Of a DNA stretch of 64,000 bases, positions 8,753-19,269 are shown one piece after another. The position numbers were made by a program, and so were the translations under genes. The stretch is from a virus (lineage: Duplodnaviria; Caudoviricetes), in the IMG/VR virus record IMGVR_UViG_3300006151_000005, positions 32,001 through 96,000 of that record, one strand, 5' to 3'. Under the pieces are notes generated by a model. That model saw nothing but the letters and a program-made list of their open reading frames with translations. It made no database searches and had not been told where the DNA came from. Within the stretch, counting starts at the first letter, position 1, and the number at the start of each line of letters is the position of its first letter.

Positions 8753-10668
8753 GAGCTTACAGCGACTTTGGAATAGACATCCCGGCTGGGCGCAATAGCG
8801 GCAAGATGAAAGTTATCTGCCCCAAATGCCATGACCGACGGAAAGACAAGCGCGATAAAAGTCTTTCAGTCGATTTAGGCAAGGGCGTATGGCATTGCCA
8901 TTACTGCGGTTGGAGCGGAACTATCCATGTCGGCGAAAGGTCACATGATGCCCCCAAAAAGGAATATCGCAGACCTACGCCACGACCCATCACAACGCTG
9001 TCGCGCAAACTCGTTGAATGGTTCAATAGTCGCGGTATATCGGAATGGGTGCTTGAACGCATGAAGATTAACGAGGGTGAGCAGTTCATGCCGCAGGTCG
9101 GAAAGAAGATGAACACCGTGCAGTTCAACTACTATCTAAACGGCGAGCTTATCAACGTGAAGTATCGCACCGGCGATAAGAAATTCATGCTTGAAAGCGG
9201 CGCGGAACTGATTCCCTACAATCTTGACAGCATCGTCGGCCAAAGCGAGTGTATCATAACCGAGGGCGAAATGGACTGTCTTTCGTTCATTGAAATCGGA
9301 AAGAACAACTGCGTCAGTGTACCCAACGGCGCGAATAGCAACCTGTCATATCTTGATGACTTTATAGAGGGCTTCTTTGGTGACAAGGAAACAATCTACA
9401 TTGCCGTCGATACTGACACAAAGGGCTTATTGCTGCGCGATGAACTGATACGTCGTTTTGGTGGTGAAAGATGCCGCATTGTCACTTATGGCGATGACTG
9501 TAAGGATGCCAACGAGCATCTCCAGAAGTACGGCAAGGAAAGTCTTGAAAACTGCCTTAAAACCGCCAAAGAGGTCAAGGTTGAGGGCGTGTTCATGCTT
9601 GACGATTACGAAGAAGAGCTTGATGCCATCTATCAGAACGGTCTTCAAAAAGGCTTCATGGTAGGACATCCCAATCTTGATGCGTTGATGAGTCTTGAAA
9701 CCAAACGCCTTATGATTGTGACCGGCATACCAGGCAGCGGTAAATCGGAATTTATCGATGAGATGTGTGTTCGTCTGAATATCCTTTACGATTTCAAGGT
9801 CGGATTCTTCTCGCCCGAAAACGTGCCGATTCAGCTTCATGCCGTAAAGCTGATAGAAAAGCTATGTGGAAAGAAATTTCAAGCCATAGACAACCGGGGT
9901 GAAAACATCACTCCACAGCAATATGCTCACGCCAAAGAATACTATCGTGAAAACTTCTTTCACGTATTACCGGAAGACGGTGCAACGATAGATAATATTC
10001 TGGCAAAGGCTAAATACCTTGTACGTCGTAGGGGAATACGAATTTTTGTACTTGACCCATTTAACCGAATCGAGCATGAACAGTCAGGCGGCGAAACGGA
10101 AACCCAATACATCTCGCGTCTTCTGAATAGAATGACGGCTTTTGCCCAGCAGAACGACCTCCTTTTCATCCTTATGGCGCATCCCACCAAGATTAAAAAG
10201 GATAACGGAAATGGCGGTGTGCCTACCATGTACGACATCAGCGGCTCTGCGACATTCTTTGACAAAGCGGATTTCGGTCTTGTGGTACATCGTGAACGCG
10301 ACGAAAGCAAGAATTACACCCTTGTGCGCGTGGAAAAGGTCAAGTTCAGACACCTCGGTGCGCCGGGCGACGCTACATTCAAGTTCAACGTCATCAATGG
10401 CCGATATATCCCGTGGAAGCAAAGCGAAAGCGTAGCCGTGGATTTCAGGGCAGACATGGAGGATATGATTGTAGCCAAAGAACGGAACACTATAACGCAG
10501 CCATCCCTGCCGTCGGGACTGCCGTGGGAAGATGATGCGGATTCAATCCCATCACAGCCGCAAACGCCAGCCGGGATGAACTTCGCGCAAACGCCCATAC
10601 AGATGCAGACGGATGACCCAAACATGCCGTTTACGCCGATTGACCCCAACGAGCCATTACCTTTCTAA
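8749..10668 (+). CDS. Primase-helicase (T7 gp4/Twinkle-like)
   Basis: Zn finger CPKC...CHYC, TOPRIM ITEGEMD and DxD, SF4 helicase GIPGSGKS, LDP, MAHP, DISGSA. Confidence 0.92.
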   Translation: MRAYSDFGIDIPAGRNSGKMKVICPKCHDRRKDKRDKSLSVDLGKGVWHCHYCGWSGTIHVGERSHDAPKKEYRRPTPRPITTLSRKLVEWFNSRGISEWVLERMKINEGEQFMPQVGKKMNTVQFNYYLNGELINVKYRTGDKKFMLESGAELIPYNLDSIVGQSECIITEGEMDCLSFIEIGKNNCVSVPNGANSNLSYLDDFIEGFFGDKETIYIAVDTDTKGLLLRDELIRRFGGERCRIVTYGDDCKDANEHLQKYGKESLENCLKTAKEVKVEGVFMLDDYEEELDAIYQNGLQKGFMVGHPNLDALMSLETKRLMIVTGIPGSGKSEFIDEMCVRLNILYDFKVGFFSPENVPIQLHAVKLIEKLCGKKFQAIDNRGENITPQQYAHAKEYYRENFFHVLPEDGATIDNILAKAKYLVRRRGIRIFVLDPFNRIEHEQSGGETETQYISRLLNRMTAFAQQNDLLFILMAHPTKIKKDNGNGGVPTMYDISGSATFFDKADFGLVVHRERDESKNYTLVRVEKVKFRHLGAPGDATFKFNVINGRYIPWKQSESVAVDFRADMEDMIVAKERNTITQPSLPSGLPWEDDADSIPSQPQTPAGMNFAQTPIQMQTDDPNMPFTPIDPNEPLPF

Positions 10669-10689
10669 ACCAAGTAAATCATTATCACA

Positions 10690-11526
10690 ATGCAAAATAT
10701 AGAGCTTTATAACGACCATTTTCAGAATTGGAAGAGGTATCTGAGTTGCAAGGCGCAGCTTATTATCGCCGATGTGCCTTACAATCTCGGAATAAATGCC
10801 TACGCATCCAATCCCAAGTGGTATGTTGACGGCGACAATACCAATGGCGAAAGCGAACTCGCCGGCACACAATTCTTTGATACCGATGCCAATTTCAAGC
10901 CTGCGGAATTTATGCACTTTTGCTCAAACTTGCTTATTAAAGAACCTAAAGAGGCGGGCAAAGCACCGTGTATGATTATCTTCTGCGCCTTTGAACAGAT
11001 GATGTATTTCATTGAACTCGGAAAGCGATACGGATTCAATCACTATATCCCGTTGGTCTTTCGTAAGAACTGGTCGGCACAGGTACTCAAGTCAAACATG
11101 AAGATTGTTGGAAACTGCGAATACGGGCTGCTTCTGTACCGCGAAAAACTCCCTAAATTCAATAATGGCGGTCGTATGGTCTTTAACTGCATGGATTATC
11201 CCCGTGACACCAAGACACCTAAAATCCATCCCACGCAAAAATCCGTGCCACTGCTGGAACAACTTATCCGCATTTTCACTGACCCCGGCGACGTAGTTAT
11301 TGACCCTTGCGCCGGAAGTGGCACAACCTTGCTTGCTGCAAGAAATTGCGGTCGCCGTGCCTATGGATTTGAGATTAAGAAAGATTTTTATGCCGATGCC
11401 GTGAATCTGCTTAAAACCTATCAGTCCACGCCGTCGATGTTTGACATCGCGGAATTGATAGAGCGCGAGTCGCGCCGGGATAAAGTCAAGGCAAGTAATA
11501 AACCAGAAAGCCTATTTGCGGAATGA
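10690..11526 (+). CDS. DNA methyltransferase (N6A/N4C, beta class)
   Basis: ADVPY, HPTQKS, DPCAGSGTT motifs. Confidence 0.88.
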   Translation: MQNIELYNDHFQNWKRYLSCKAQLIIADVPYNLGINAYASNPKWYVDGDNTNGESELAGTQFFDTDANFKPAEFMHFCSNLLIKEPKEAGKAPCMIIFCAFEQMMYFIELGKRYGFNHYIPLVFRKNWSAQVLKSNMKIVGNCEYGLLLYREKLPKFNNGGRMVFNCMDYPRDTKTPKIHPTQKSVPLLEQLIRIFTDPGDVVIDPCAGSGTTLLAARNCGRRAYGFEIKKDFYADAVNLLKTYQSTPSMFDIAELIERESRRDKVKASNKPESLFAE

Positions 11527-12218
11527 CACCACGTAGCGAAATCATCCTCGGCGATAGCTTTGAGGTACTGAAATCAATGGCAGACAAAAGCGTTGACATC
11601 GCTTTATGCGATTGCCCTTACGGAATAGACATCTGCTCAAGTGGCAGACTGATGAAAGAAAAGGGTCGCGCATACAAGCCGTGGGATAAAGATGCTCCAA
11701 AAGCGGAATTTTTCACGGAGTTGCTTCGCGTAAGCAAGAACGCCATCATCTTCGGCGCAAACCATTTCATAGACCGCATACCCATCAATTCAAAGTGTTG
11801 GATTGTGTGGGATAAGGAACAGCCAGAAACATTGTCATTCGCCATGTGTGAGCTTGCCCTCACTACATTTGACAGGTCGGCAAAGATATTCAGATATAGC
11901 GCGGCGCGTCAGAGTGTAAAGGAAACACGGATACACCCCACACAAAAGCCAGTCGCCTTGTACGCATGGATATTTCAGAACTTCGCCAATCCCGGCAACT
12001 TGATTCTCGATACCCACCTCGGAAGCGGTAGTAGTCGCATTGCTGCCTATCGCATGGGCTTCGACTTCATAGGCTGCGAGATTGACCCGGAATATTACAC
12101 AGCGCAAGAGGTGCGCTTTCGCCAAGAATGTATGGGCGAACAACGTCGTGGCAATGTCGTGCTGACACAATACGAATTATTCAATAATGACCAATATGGA
12201 AAAGATAACAGTCTTTGA
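11523..12218 (+). CDS. DNA methyltransferase (N6A/N4C, beta class)
   Basis: DCPY, HPTQKP, DTHLGSGSS motifs. Confidence 0.88.
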   Translation: MTPRSEIILGDSFEVLKSMADKSVDIALCDCPYGIDICSSGRLMKEKGRAYKPWDKDAPKAEFFTELLRVSKNAIIFGANHFIDRIPINSKCWIVWDKEQPETLSFAMCELALTTFDRSAKIFRYSAARQSVKETRIHPTQKPVALYAWIFQNFANPGNLILDTHLGSGSSRIAAYRMGFDFIGCEIDPEYYTAQEVRFRQECMGEQRRGNVVLTQYELFNNDQYGKDNSL

Positions 12219-13026
12219 AGCCTTTGCCGGTTACGGCAGTCAGTCGATGGCTCTTGAACGCCTCAAGCAAGACATCGGGCTTGACTACACGGTTGTCGGA
12301 ATATCCGAAATCGATGCCACCGCAATCAAGGCTTACTATGCAGCCCGCGATGCCGAGTTGCTGTCACGTTGCCGCACAGTCGGCGATGTGGAAACCGCCA
12401 TTAGGGGGGGGTACGAGCCTCCACAGGAACTTATCGACCGATACCCGAATTATGGCGACATCTGCAAAATCAACTGGGCGAATGTGCCGGATTTCAATCT
12501 GTTCACATACAGCTTTCCTTGTACCGACATCAGCAATGCCGGCTTACAGAAAGGACTCGCCGAGGGGTCTGGCACAAGGTCATCGCTTCTTTGGGAGTGC
12601 GCAAGGGCAATCGAAACCAAATACCCCAAATACCTCTTGATGGAAAACGTCAAGGCTCTTGTAAGCGACAAATTCATGCCGGATTTCAAGCGATGGGCGA
12701 TGTATCTGGAAAGCCTCGGTTACACGAACTATTACCAAGTGCTGAACTCAAAAGATTATGGCGTACCGCAGAACCGCGAGCGTGTCTTTATGGTCAGCAT
12801 CCACGGCGAGGCTATCTACTATTTCCCCAAACCCTTCAAGTTAGACCGCCGCCTCAAGCACGTATTGGAAACGAATGTAGATGAAAGCTACTATCTGTCT
12901 GATGCTAAGATTCAGGCAATCATAGACCATTGCGAGCGTAAGCAAGCTGAGGGTTGTGGCTTCAAGCCGAACTTCCAAAACGGGGGGGTATTGCGGAACC
13001 ATCACCGGGAACTACGGACAACGTGA
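12196..13026 (+). CDS. C5 DNA cytosine methyltransferase, N-terminal catalytic part (motifs I-VIII)
   Basis: FAGYG, FPCT, MENV, PQNRERVF; lacks motifs IX-X; G8 and G7 tracts inside. Confidence 0.85.
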   Translation: MEKITVFEAFAGYGSQSMALERLKQDIGLDYTVVGISEIDATAIKAYYAARDAELLSRCRTVGDVETAIRGGYEPPQELIDRYPNYGDICKINWANVPDFNLFTYSFPCTDISNAGLQKGLAEGSGTRSSLLWECARAIETKYPKYLLMENVKALVSDKFMPDFKRWAMYLESLGYTNYYQVLNSKDYGVPQNRERVFMVSIHGEAIYYFPKPFKLDRRLKHVLETNVDESYYLSDAKIQAIIDHCERKQAEGCGFKPNFQNGGVLRNHHRELRTT

Positions 13027-13337
13027 AACCGATACCTACATCCAAGAATGACGAAGACGGCATCATTGTGGTTGGTAAAATCAACAACTCGCAAGACGGC
13101 AAAATCGTGGACGCAGACGGCATCGCGCCGACACATACGTCAGGACACGGAAACTGCCCCAAAGTGCTTGTTGAAAATACCCCCCGGACAATCTGCATAA
13201 ATTCAAAGGATGAGAATGGCAAGCAGCCAAGTATCGCGGATAGAGTTTATGACAGTAACGGAATAGCCACAGCACTGACAACCGGATGGCATCCCTACAT
13301 CATGGAATCGCAAAACAACAATTCAGAAAATGAATAA
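12954..13337 (+). CDS. C5 MTase variable-region segment (probably reached by slippage at the G7 tract)
   Basis: GKIVDADGIAPT / RVYDSNGIATALTT repeats shared with the next ORF; only a weak TTG start. Confidence 0.5.
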   Translation: MWLQAELPKRGGIAEPSPGTTDNVKPIPTSKNDEDGIIVVGKINNSQDGKIVDADGIAPTHTSGHGNCPKVLVENTPRTICINSKDENGKQPSIADRVYDSNGIATALTTGWHPYIMESQNNNSENE

Positions 13338-14505
13338 AGATAAAACCGCCCCAGAGCTTAAAATCATAGGCAATGTAATGCCGTCGGGTCACAATGTAGG
13401 TAACATCTACGACCCGGACGGAATATCGCCCACGATTATGCTCAATCACGGTTATCCGGCACTTATTCTTGAAGAAACAACCGACAACGACATGAATCAG
13501 CTTATACAGGTGGCGCAGATATACGACAAGGAAAAGAATCCTACCAACGGCAGGGTTTATGACCCCAGCGGCATCTCGCCTACGCTTACAACGCCAACAG
13601 GCGGCAACTCAATGCCCCTTATCCTCGCTATGGAACAGATACCTTTCAATACAGCCGACGAGGGATTAGCCTACACAATCACGACACGCTACGGCGCAAT
13701 GTGCGCAAGCAATCTGATTGATGGCAATTTCCCTATGACCGGCATCCTTACAATCGAAAACCCAACAGAAGAAATGAAACGCCAGATAGAAGACGGAATC
13801 CTAAACTTCGACAAAGGGCTGCCAAAAGAAGCCAACCCCAAGTCATGCGCCATGCGTGGTCGCGGCAAGGGTGCGGATTACCATCAGGAACTTGAGATTG
13901 GCGACGATGTAGCCAACGCCCTTACAACCGTCCAGAAAGACTCTATGATACTTGAGGGCGAAGACCCGTCAATCATCAGTCTTATGCCGTGGAATAGACC
14001 CGGCGGCGACGTGGGCGATGTGTCGCCGGCCATCACAACAAGCGCATGGGAGCAGAACAATTTTGTAAAGCTGCCCGACGGAGATACCCCTATGGTTATG
14101 GCTGACCCACGGAAGAATTACGGCAGATTGCAGCCATCGGCTGAATCCTCGCCCACGCTTCTCAGCACTGACTATAAATCGCCCCATCTTGTCGTGGAAC
14201 GTGGCGACGGCGAACTTGATATGTCTGACCCAGAAACGCGCATCATCAAGCGAGCCGTAGACCATGTGGCGCAGGAGTACGGAACGCAGACGCGCTTTCG
14301 CATACGCAAGCCGACCCCACGCGAGTGCTACCGCCTTATGGACGTGCCGGAAGAATATATCGACCACCTGTTAGCGTCTGGCATATCCAAATCCCAACAC
14401 TACAAACTGGCGGGAAATTCTATCGTGGTATCATGTCTTTATCACATCTTCAAGAATTTATTTACCAATGAAATCCCAGTTAATCAACAGCTATCCCTTT
14501 TCTGA
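13330..14505 (+). CDS. C5 DNA methyltransferase C-terminal part (repeated TRD-like units + motifs IX/X)
   Basis: YDPDGISPT / YDPSGISPT repeats; RKPTPRECYRLMD and YKLAGNSI. Confidence 0.8.
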   Translation: MNKDKTAPELKIIGNVMPSGHNVGNIYDPDGISPTIMLNHGYPALILEETTDNDMNQLIQVAQIYDKEKNPTNGRVYDPSGISPTLTTPTGGNSMPLILAMEQIPFNTADEGLAYTITTRYGAMCASNLIDGNFPMTGILTIENPTEEMKRQIEDGILNFDKGLPKEANPKSCAMRGRGKGADYHQELEIGDDVANALTTVQKDSMILEGEDPSIISLMPWNRPGGDVGDVSPAITTSAWEQNNFVKLPDGDTPMVMADPRKNYGRLQPSAESSPTLLSTDYKSPHLVVERGDGELDMSDPETRIIKRAVDHVAQEYGTQTRFRIRKPTPRECYRLMDVPEEYIDHLLASGISKSQHYKLAGNSIVVSCLYHIFKNLFTNEIPVNQQLSLF

Positions 14506-14506
14506 T

Positions 14507-15244
14507 ATGCTTGACGGCATAAAGCTCCCAGAATCGGTCATCGCCGAAATGGAAAAGCGAGGGATAAGTGCAAACCCCATACCCATAAAGCCGATGATTG
14601 ACACCGGCATCCACTTCAAGAAGCGCGAACCAATGCGTGAACGCGACCTGTCAACAGAAGAATTTCTCAACCTGTTCGACAAGGCCGAATCACTCAAGAT
14701 GGCGTATGTACCACACTTCATTACGCAGTGCGTAATCTACTATCTTGACTTATTTGTGGAATATGCCCGCGACTGTCGGCTTTCAGACTTCAAGAAGCAC
14801 ACCCGGTTGCTCAAGGCAATCAAAGAGGAGTATCTTGCAGCCCTACGCCATGAAATGCCGCCGCACGTCTTTGAGAAATTCCTTACACAGCGCGATGAAT
14901 ACCTTGTGTCATGCGGCGCAAATCTGAGTCTTATGTATTTCACATTCGGAAATCAGATTTTGAAGAAATATGGCCGGATAGACCACGAAGCCCTATACTG
15001 TTACGCCAACATAATCCTTGCTTTCATCAACTACGTGGAAGACTTTGACCGCAACGTCAACAAGCGTATCGCAGAAAAGCTGGGGATGCCCTGCCGTAAT
15101 CACGGAGATGCGCGTCTGACCGCCATTAAAGGCGTATGCAACGACATCATCAAACCCTACCCGCTGGAAAAGAACAATGACACCGAGCTATGCGTCGGCG
15201 TAATGGCAAACAAAGCGGTCATAATGATAAACAACATGCTATAA
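14507..15244 (+). CDS. Hypothetical protein
   Basis: Long ORF in operon; ATG just after the previous stop. Confidence 0.6.
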   Translation: MLDGIKLPESVIAEMEKRGISANPIPIKPMIDTGIHFKKREPMRERDLSTEEFLNLFDKAESLKMAYVPHFITQCVIYYLDLFVEYARDCRLSDFKKHTRLLKAIKEEYLAALRHEMPPHVFEKFLTQRDEYLVSCGANLSLMYFTFGNQILKKYGRIDHEALYCYANIILAFINYVEDFDRNVNKRIAEKLGMPCRNHGDARLTAIKGVCNDIIKPYPLEKNNDTELCVGVMANKAVIMINNML

Positions 15245-15260
15245 CAACCCTCATATCGCA

Positions 15261-16019
15261 ATGGAACAAGTAATCACTGACATCATCGACAAAAAGGCGG
15301 CGAAGCAGTTTAATAAGCTGACACCGACCAAGCGCAAGGCATACCGCGCAATGCTTTATGCAGGTGCGCAGATAACCATGAACGGCTATTCAGTAAGGGA
15401 TATAGCCGCCGAAATCGGATATTCAGAAAGCGGAACATCAAAGTTGGCGCAGAAGTGGATAGAGCTGATGCGTCAGGGCGATGTTACCGTCAATCTGATT
15501 ATAGCAGCCATTCAGAAATTGCCTAAAAACAAACGTTTTCAGCACGGAAAGGAAATCGCGCCCCATGTCAAGCTAACACCCACTGTCGTAGCGGAAGAGC
15601 CAAAGGATGAAACTCCACGGCCCACACCGGCGCAGACCCCGGCACCAACGGAAAATAAGCGAAAGGGCAAGTATGTACTCGGCTTTTTCATTACACCGGA
15701 AGACGAAATGCGCGAAAGAGCCGCCATTCGTTCATCCATCCTGTTCTTTCAGACCTACGGCAAGGGCGCAAAACCGCGTATGCACGGCGAGTATTACACG
15801 CCCGGAACGCATCAGGCAAAAGACAGTGAAGATAGCAAGAAGTGGCTACCCCTTGATACAGCAGCCCTTTACTGCGGATGCAAAGCGGAAATCATCAGCA
15901 AAGCAGGTCAAAACGGCGTGATTGAACGACGTGTCTATAAGCGCAATGCCAACCGTAACTATTATGAGTATAACATCGCTGATTTAGACAAGTTTATACG
16001 CGACAATCATCTCCTCTAA
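15261..16019 (+). CDS. Putative DNA-binding protein with two HTH-like regions
   Basis: YSVRDIAAEIGYSESGTSKL and C-terminal excisionase-like WLPLDTAALYCG. Confidence 0.55.
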   Translation: MEQVITDIIDKKAAKQFNKLTPTKRKAYRAMLYAGAQITMNGYSVRDIAAEIGYSESGTSKLAQKWIELMRQGDVTVNLIIAAIQKLPKNKRFQHGKEIAPHVKLTPTVVAEEPKDETPRPTPAQTPAPTENKRKGKYVLGFFITPEDEMRERAAIRSSILFFQTYGKGAKPRMHGEYYTPGTHQAKDSEDSKKWLPLDTAALYCGCKAEIISKAGQNGVIERRVYKRNANRNYYEYNIADLDKFIRDNHLL

Positions 16020-16097
16020 CAAAGGTAATCAACTCGCAATGTGGAAGATAGCTAAGAGCTAATAAGAGTTAAAAATCAAATTTGCCCGGCGATTTAA

Positions 16098-16129
16098 TTT
16101 GGATAATTAAAGTAAATGCTTTAACTTTG
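16098..16129 (+). promoter_or_regulatory. Bacteroidetes promoter with palindromic operator, copy 1
   Basis: TTTG...TAAAGTAAATGCTTTA/TAACTTTG. Confidence 0.7.
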
Positions 16130-16175
16130 CGACGTGGTTGTAAAAGTAAACACTTAAACAAATAAATATATCAAC

Positions 16176-16454
16176 ATGGATTTATCCTCAAATCAAGAGC
16201 CGACAACGCAGGCCACAAAGGTCTGCACAAGATGCGGCAAAGAATTGCCGGTTGACCAGTTCAGCCGTCGCAGTAGCTCGGCTGACGGGTTGCAGATGTG
16301 GTGCAAGTCGTGCCAGCGTGAATCACAACGTATCTCGCGCAGTAATCGCCAATTACCCCCCCCCCTCAATCAAGGGCGACCATGCACGAAAGCAAAATCG
16401 AAGCCTTTCAGCGTGAATACTACGAGGCTACGCTTGACCGCCTTGACGGAATAG
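16176..16454 (+). CDS. Zinc-finger protein
   Basis: KVCTRCGKELPVDQF...WCKSC; C10 tract at 16356-16365. Confidence 0.6.
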   Translation: MDLSSNQEPTTQATKVCTRCGKELPVDQFSRRSSSADGLQMWCKSCQRESQRISRSNRQLPPPLNQGRPCTKAKSKPFSVNTTRLRLTALTE

Positions 16455-16948
16455 AATTGCTTGAGCAATACTATATCGTTGAAGAAAAGGGCAAATTGCC
16501 TTTCAAAGTCGGCGACATTGTAGCCGTGGCACAAAGGTATTGCTCCATCCTTGACGAACTTGAAGACCCCCAAAATTTCTGTTGCATGGGGCATTGGGAG
16601 TCTGCAAAAGGAAAACGTGCGCATTACGCCGGCTTTCTGCATCATCCCGGCTTTATGAACAAGATGTTTGTCGATGCCGAAGAAATGCCACACCAAATCA
16701 AAATCAAAAGGGTATGGTTTGAACACCTGCAAGACATATCTAACGAGGATTGTCTGAAAGAGGGCATCGATAAATGGACTGCGCAAGGGAAACGTTACTA
16801 TGGTTTCTTTGATAACGATAAAGGCGTATTCTCGCATCATCCCACTCCACGCGATGCTTATGCCCATCTTATAGAGCGCATATCCGGCAAAGGAACTTGG
16901 GCGAGCAATCCCCTTGTTATAGCCTATGAATTTGAAAAGGTAAAGTAA
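16382..16948 (+). CDS. Hypothetical phage protein (ASCH-like C-terminus)
   Basis: FKVGDIVAV...EHLQDISNEDCLKEGI...WASNPLV pattern. Confidence 0.6.
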   Translation: MHESKIEAFQREYYEATLDRLDGIELLEQYYIVEEKGKLPFKVGDIVAVAQRYCSILDELEDPQNFCCMGHWESAKGKRAHYAGFLHHPGFMNKMFVDAEEMPHQIKIKRVWFEHLQDISNEDCLKEGIDKWTAQGKRYYGFFDNDKGVFSHHPTPRDAYAHLIERISGKGTWASNPLVIAYEFEKVK

Positions 16949-17958
16949 TGGGAAGATACACGGCAAATTGCAGATGTGGCGGTGTGGTAGTCATCAGAAC
17001 CAACAACGCTTTTCGCGTACCGGAACTGCTTACAAAGCATGGATGGCGTTTAATCGACCCATACAAAAGCTCCTACGATATTAAAACCAACTGGCGATGC
17101 CCTATGTGCGCGGCAGCTTACGAAAGTCTAAAGAAAGGAAAACTGATATGAAAGAACGTGTATTTTGCGACCTTGAGGGTCTGGCAGGCGTAAGACGGCG
17201 TAAAGTCGGTGCATACGCTATTACGGAAGCCGATGCGTTGCAGATAAAGTCTATACTTGAAAGTAAACACGCTTGCACATCCGCAGGCAGTTATGGCGCA
17301 ATCAATATCTGGAAGACTGATGCCGGCGAAATTCGCGGCGAAGCCATGCAGAACCTTTGCTCCCTTGAAGTGTGCATCTTCGCCACCTACGCAAAAGCCG
17401 CAGAATGGGCGCAGAAATGGCTTGACAGGATAAACGGCAGAGATATAGTGGAAACGTCTTTTGACGAACCTAACTACGCTTTTAAGCGCGACGTGGAACG
17501 TATTATGATGGCTTCGCGTAAGAATATGCTTGATGCTTTCTGTACGGCGGTCTGCAACAACTGGCAGAACCATGACGGCAACGGCAACCCATGCCCTCGG
17601 AACTGCTGCCCTAAATTCAACAAATTCGTAGAGCTGATAAAGACCACGCCTATACGTGGACTGGAAACAACCGAAGCCAAAGAAGCTGTAAACAAATACA
17701 TCAACGACAATGAACCCAGAAAGTGAAGAAATCCGTAAAACGGCCATCAATAACCTTTTGAACGCCGACTCTTTTGTCTGCGTCACGATAAAGAACGGAA
17801 GCCTGAATATGGCAAATCTGACCAATCCGGAACGCCTCGGAATAATGCTGCTTGAAATCATGCGCAGCAATCCGGCTTTCGCCAATAGCGTCAATCTTGC
17901 TGCCCTCGCCTATGCGCAGGAACAACTACACCATAACACAAACCTAAATCAGCAATAA
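16948..17958 (+). CDS. Three coupled hypothetical proteins (16948-17151, 17148-17726, 17710-17958)
   Basis: Overlapping start/stop ORFs, some Cys-rich. Confidence 0.5.
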
Positions 17959-17980
17959 TCAGTATTTAATAAGGCTTTTG

Positions 17981-18012
17981 TTTGGTGGAATAAAAGTAAT
18001 TACTTAACTTTG
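17981..18012 (+). promoter_or_regulatory. Promoter/operator copy 2
   Basis: TTTG...AAAAGTAATTACTTAA/TAACTTTG. Confidence 0.7.
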
Positions 18013-18045
18013 CACCTATAAAGACAAACCAAAAACTTATAACAG

Positions 18046-18789
18046 TTGAAAAAGAAAATCTACATCTCCCTCCCGATAAGCGGGCGTGACCTTGAGGCAG
18101 TGAAACAACGTGCTAACTACATCAAGGAATCGGTTATTGCGGATGATTATGAGGGCGTAACGCCCTTTGACATCTGCCCGGATAGCACGTTGCCGTATTC
18201 TGAACTTATGGGGCGCGACATTGCCGGCTTAATGGAGTGTGATGGTGTCTTGTTTGATTTCGACTGGAACGAGTCAAAGGGTTGTCGCATTGAGATGGCG
18301 GTGGCTCGCAACTGCAATATCCCCGTCTATAAACTCGCCGATGAAAGGGTTGTGGAAGATGCCGACACACGGCTTTTCACAATCACACTGAATAAGCGTC
18401 AGCTTGAATTGTTATCCGAGGCATCCGACTGCCATTCACGGAATACTTGCGGCCAGTTGGATGTAGGTCTTGAAGAAGTCATTGAAAAGGCTATCACAAG
18501 AACATACAGCACCGCCGATTTTGACAAACGCCATGAAATAAGCGAAAAGGTCAAGACACTCCTGCGCGAAGTCAAATCCCTTGCGTGGAATTTAGGCCCC
18601 GGAAGCAATAAAGGCGTGAAATACGATGATGGAGCTGACATCCTTTTCGACATCCATCAGGTAATCCGTCATCACTTATGGAAGATTAAACCCGAACCGA
18701 AATATCATTATACCAATGATGCGGCAGAGGCTATAATCTTCGGAAGTCAACCGGCAATAACCATCAAGACCCTCGCAAGAAATGAATGA
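18046..18789 (+). CDS. DUF4406 (nucleoside deoxyribosyltransferase-like) domain protein
   Basis: KIYISLPISG...MGRDIAGLMECDGV...WNESKGCRIE. Confidence 0.75.
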   Translation: MKKKIYISLPISGRDLEAVKQRANYIKESVIADDYEGVTPFDICPDSTLPYSELMGRDIAGLMECDGVLFDFDWNESKGCRIEMAVARNCNIPVYKLADERVVEDADTRLFTITLNKRQLELLSEASDCHSRNTCGQLDVGLEEVIEKAITRTYSTADFDKRHEISEKVKTLLREVKSLAWNLGPGSNKGVKYDDGADILFDIHQVIRHHLWKIKPEPKYHYTNDAAEAIIFGSQPAITIKTLARNE

Positions 18790-19266
18790 CAATGTTATCG
18801 TAATCGCCGATGTCAGCTCGTCATATTTCTCGGTGGCGCGTTACAGCGGTGGCATAAAGTATAACGGAACGGTTTACATCTATTGCCGTGAACGTGATAT
18901 TCTGGTAAGAGAAGACTGGGAGAAGTTCTACCGCAAATTACCGTGGGAAACTTTCATCACGGCAGTCAAGACCGGCAAGAAACCCGAACTACCGAAAAAG
19001 CCTGCAAGGGTTAAGGCTCAGAGAAAAGAACAACCCGATAATCAACCATCATTATTTGACTAATGGACTTACTGAATCTTATACTCAAGCGGAAGAAATA
19101 CCGCATGATAACGCTGCACACGATTAACGACGAGCCGATATTCGTTGTAGAGGTGCGCGGTCTGCTATTCTGGCACGTGGTAAAGTCGTTTGAAAGCGAC
19201 GATGCCGTTTATGCGCGGAACTGCGCCGAGGAGCTTCTGGATACGCTTAACGAGGAAATCCTTTAG
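18782..19266 (+). CDS. Two hypothetical proteins (18782-19063, 19063-19266)
   Basis: Coupled ORFs. Confidence 0.5.
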
Positions 19267-19269
19267 CCG

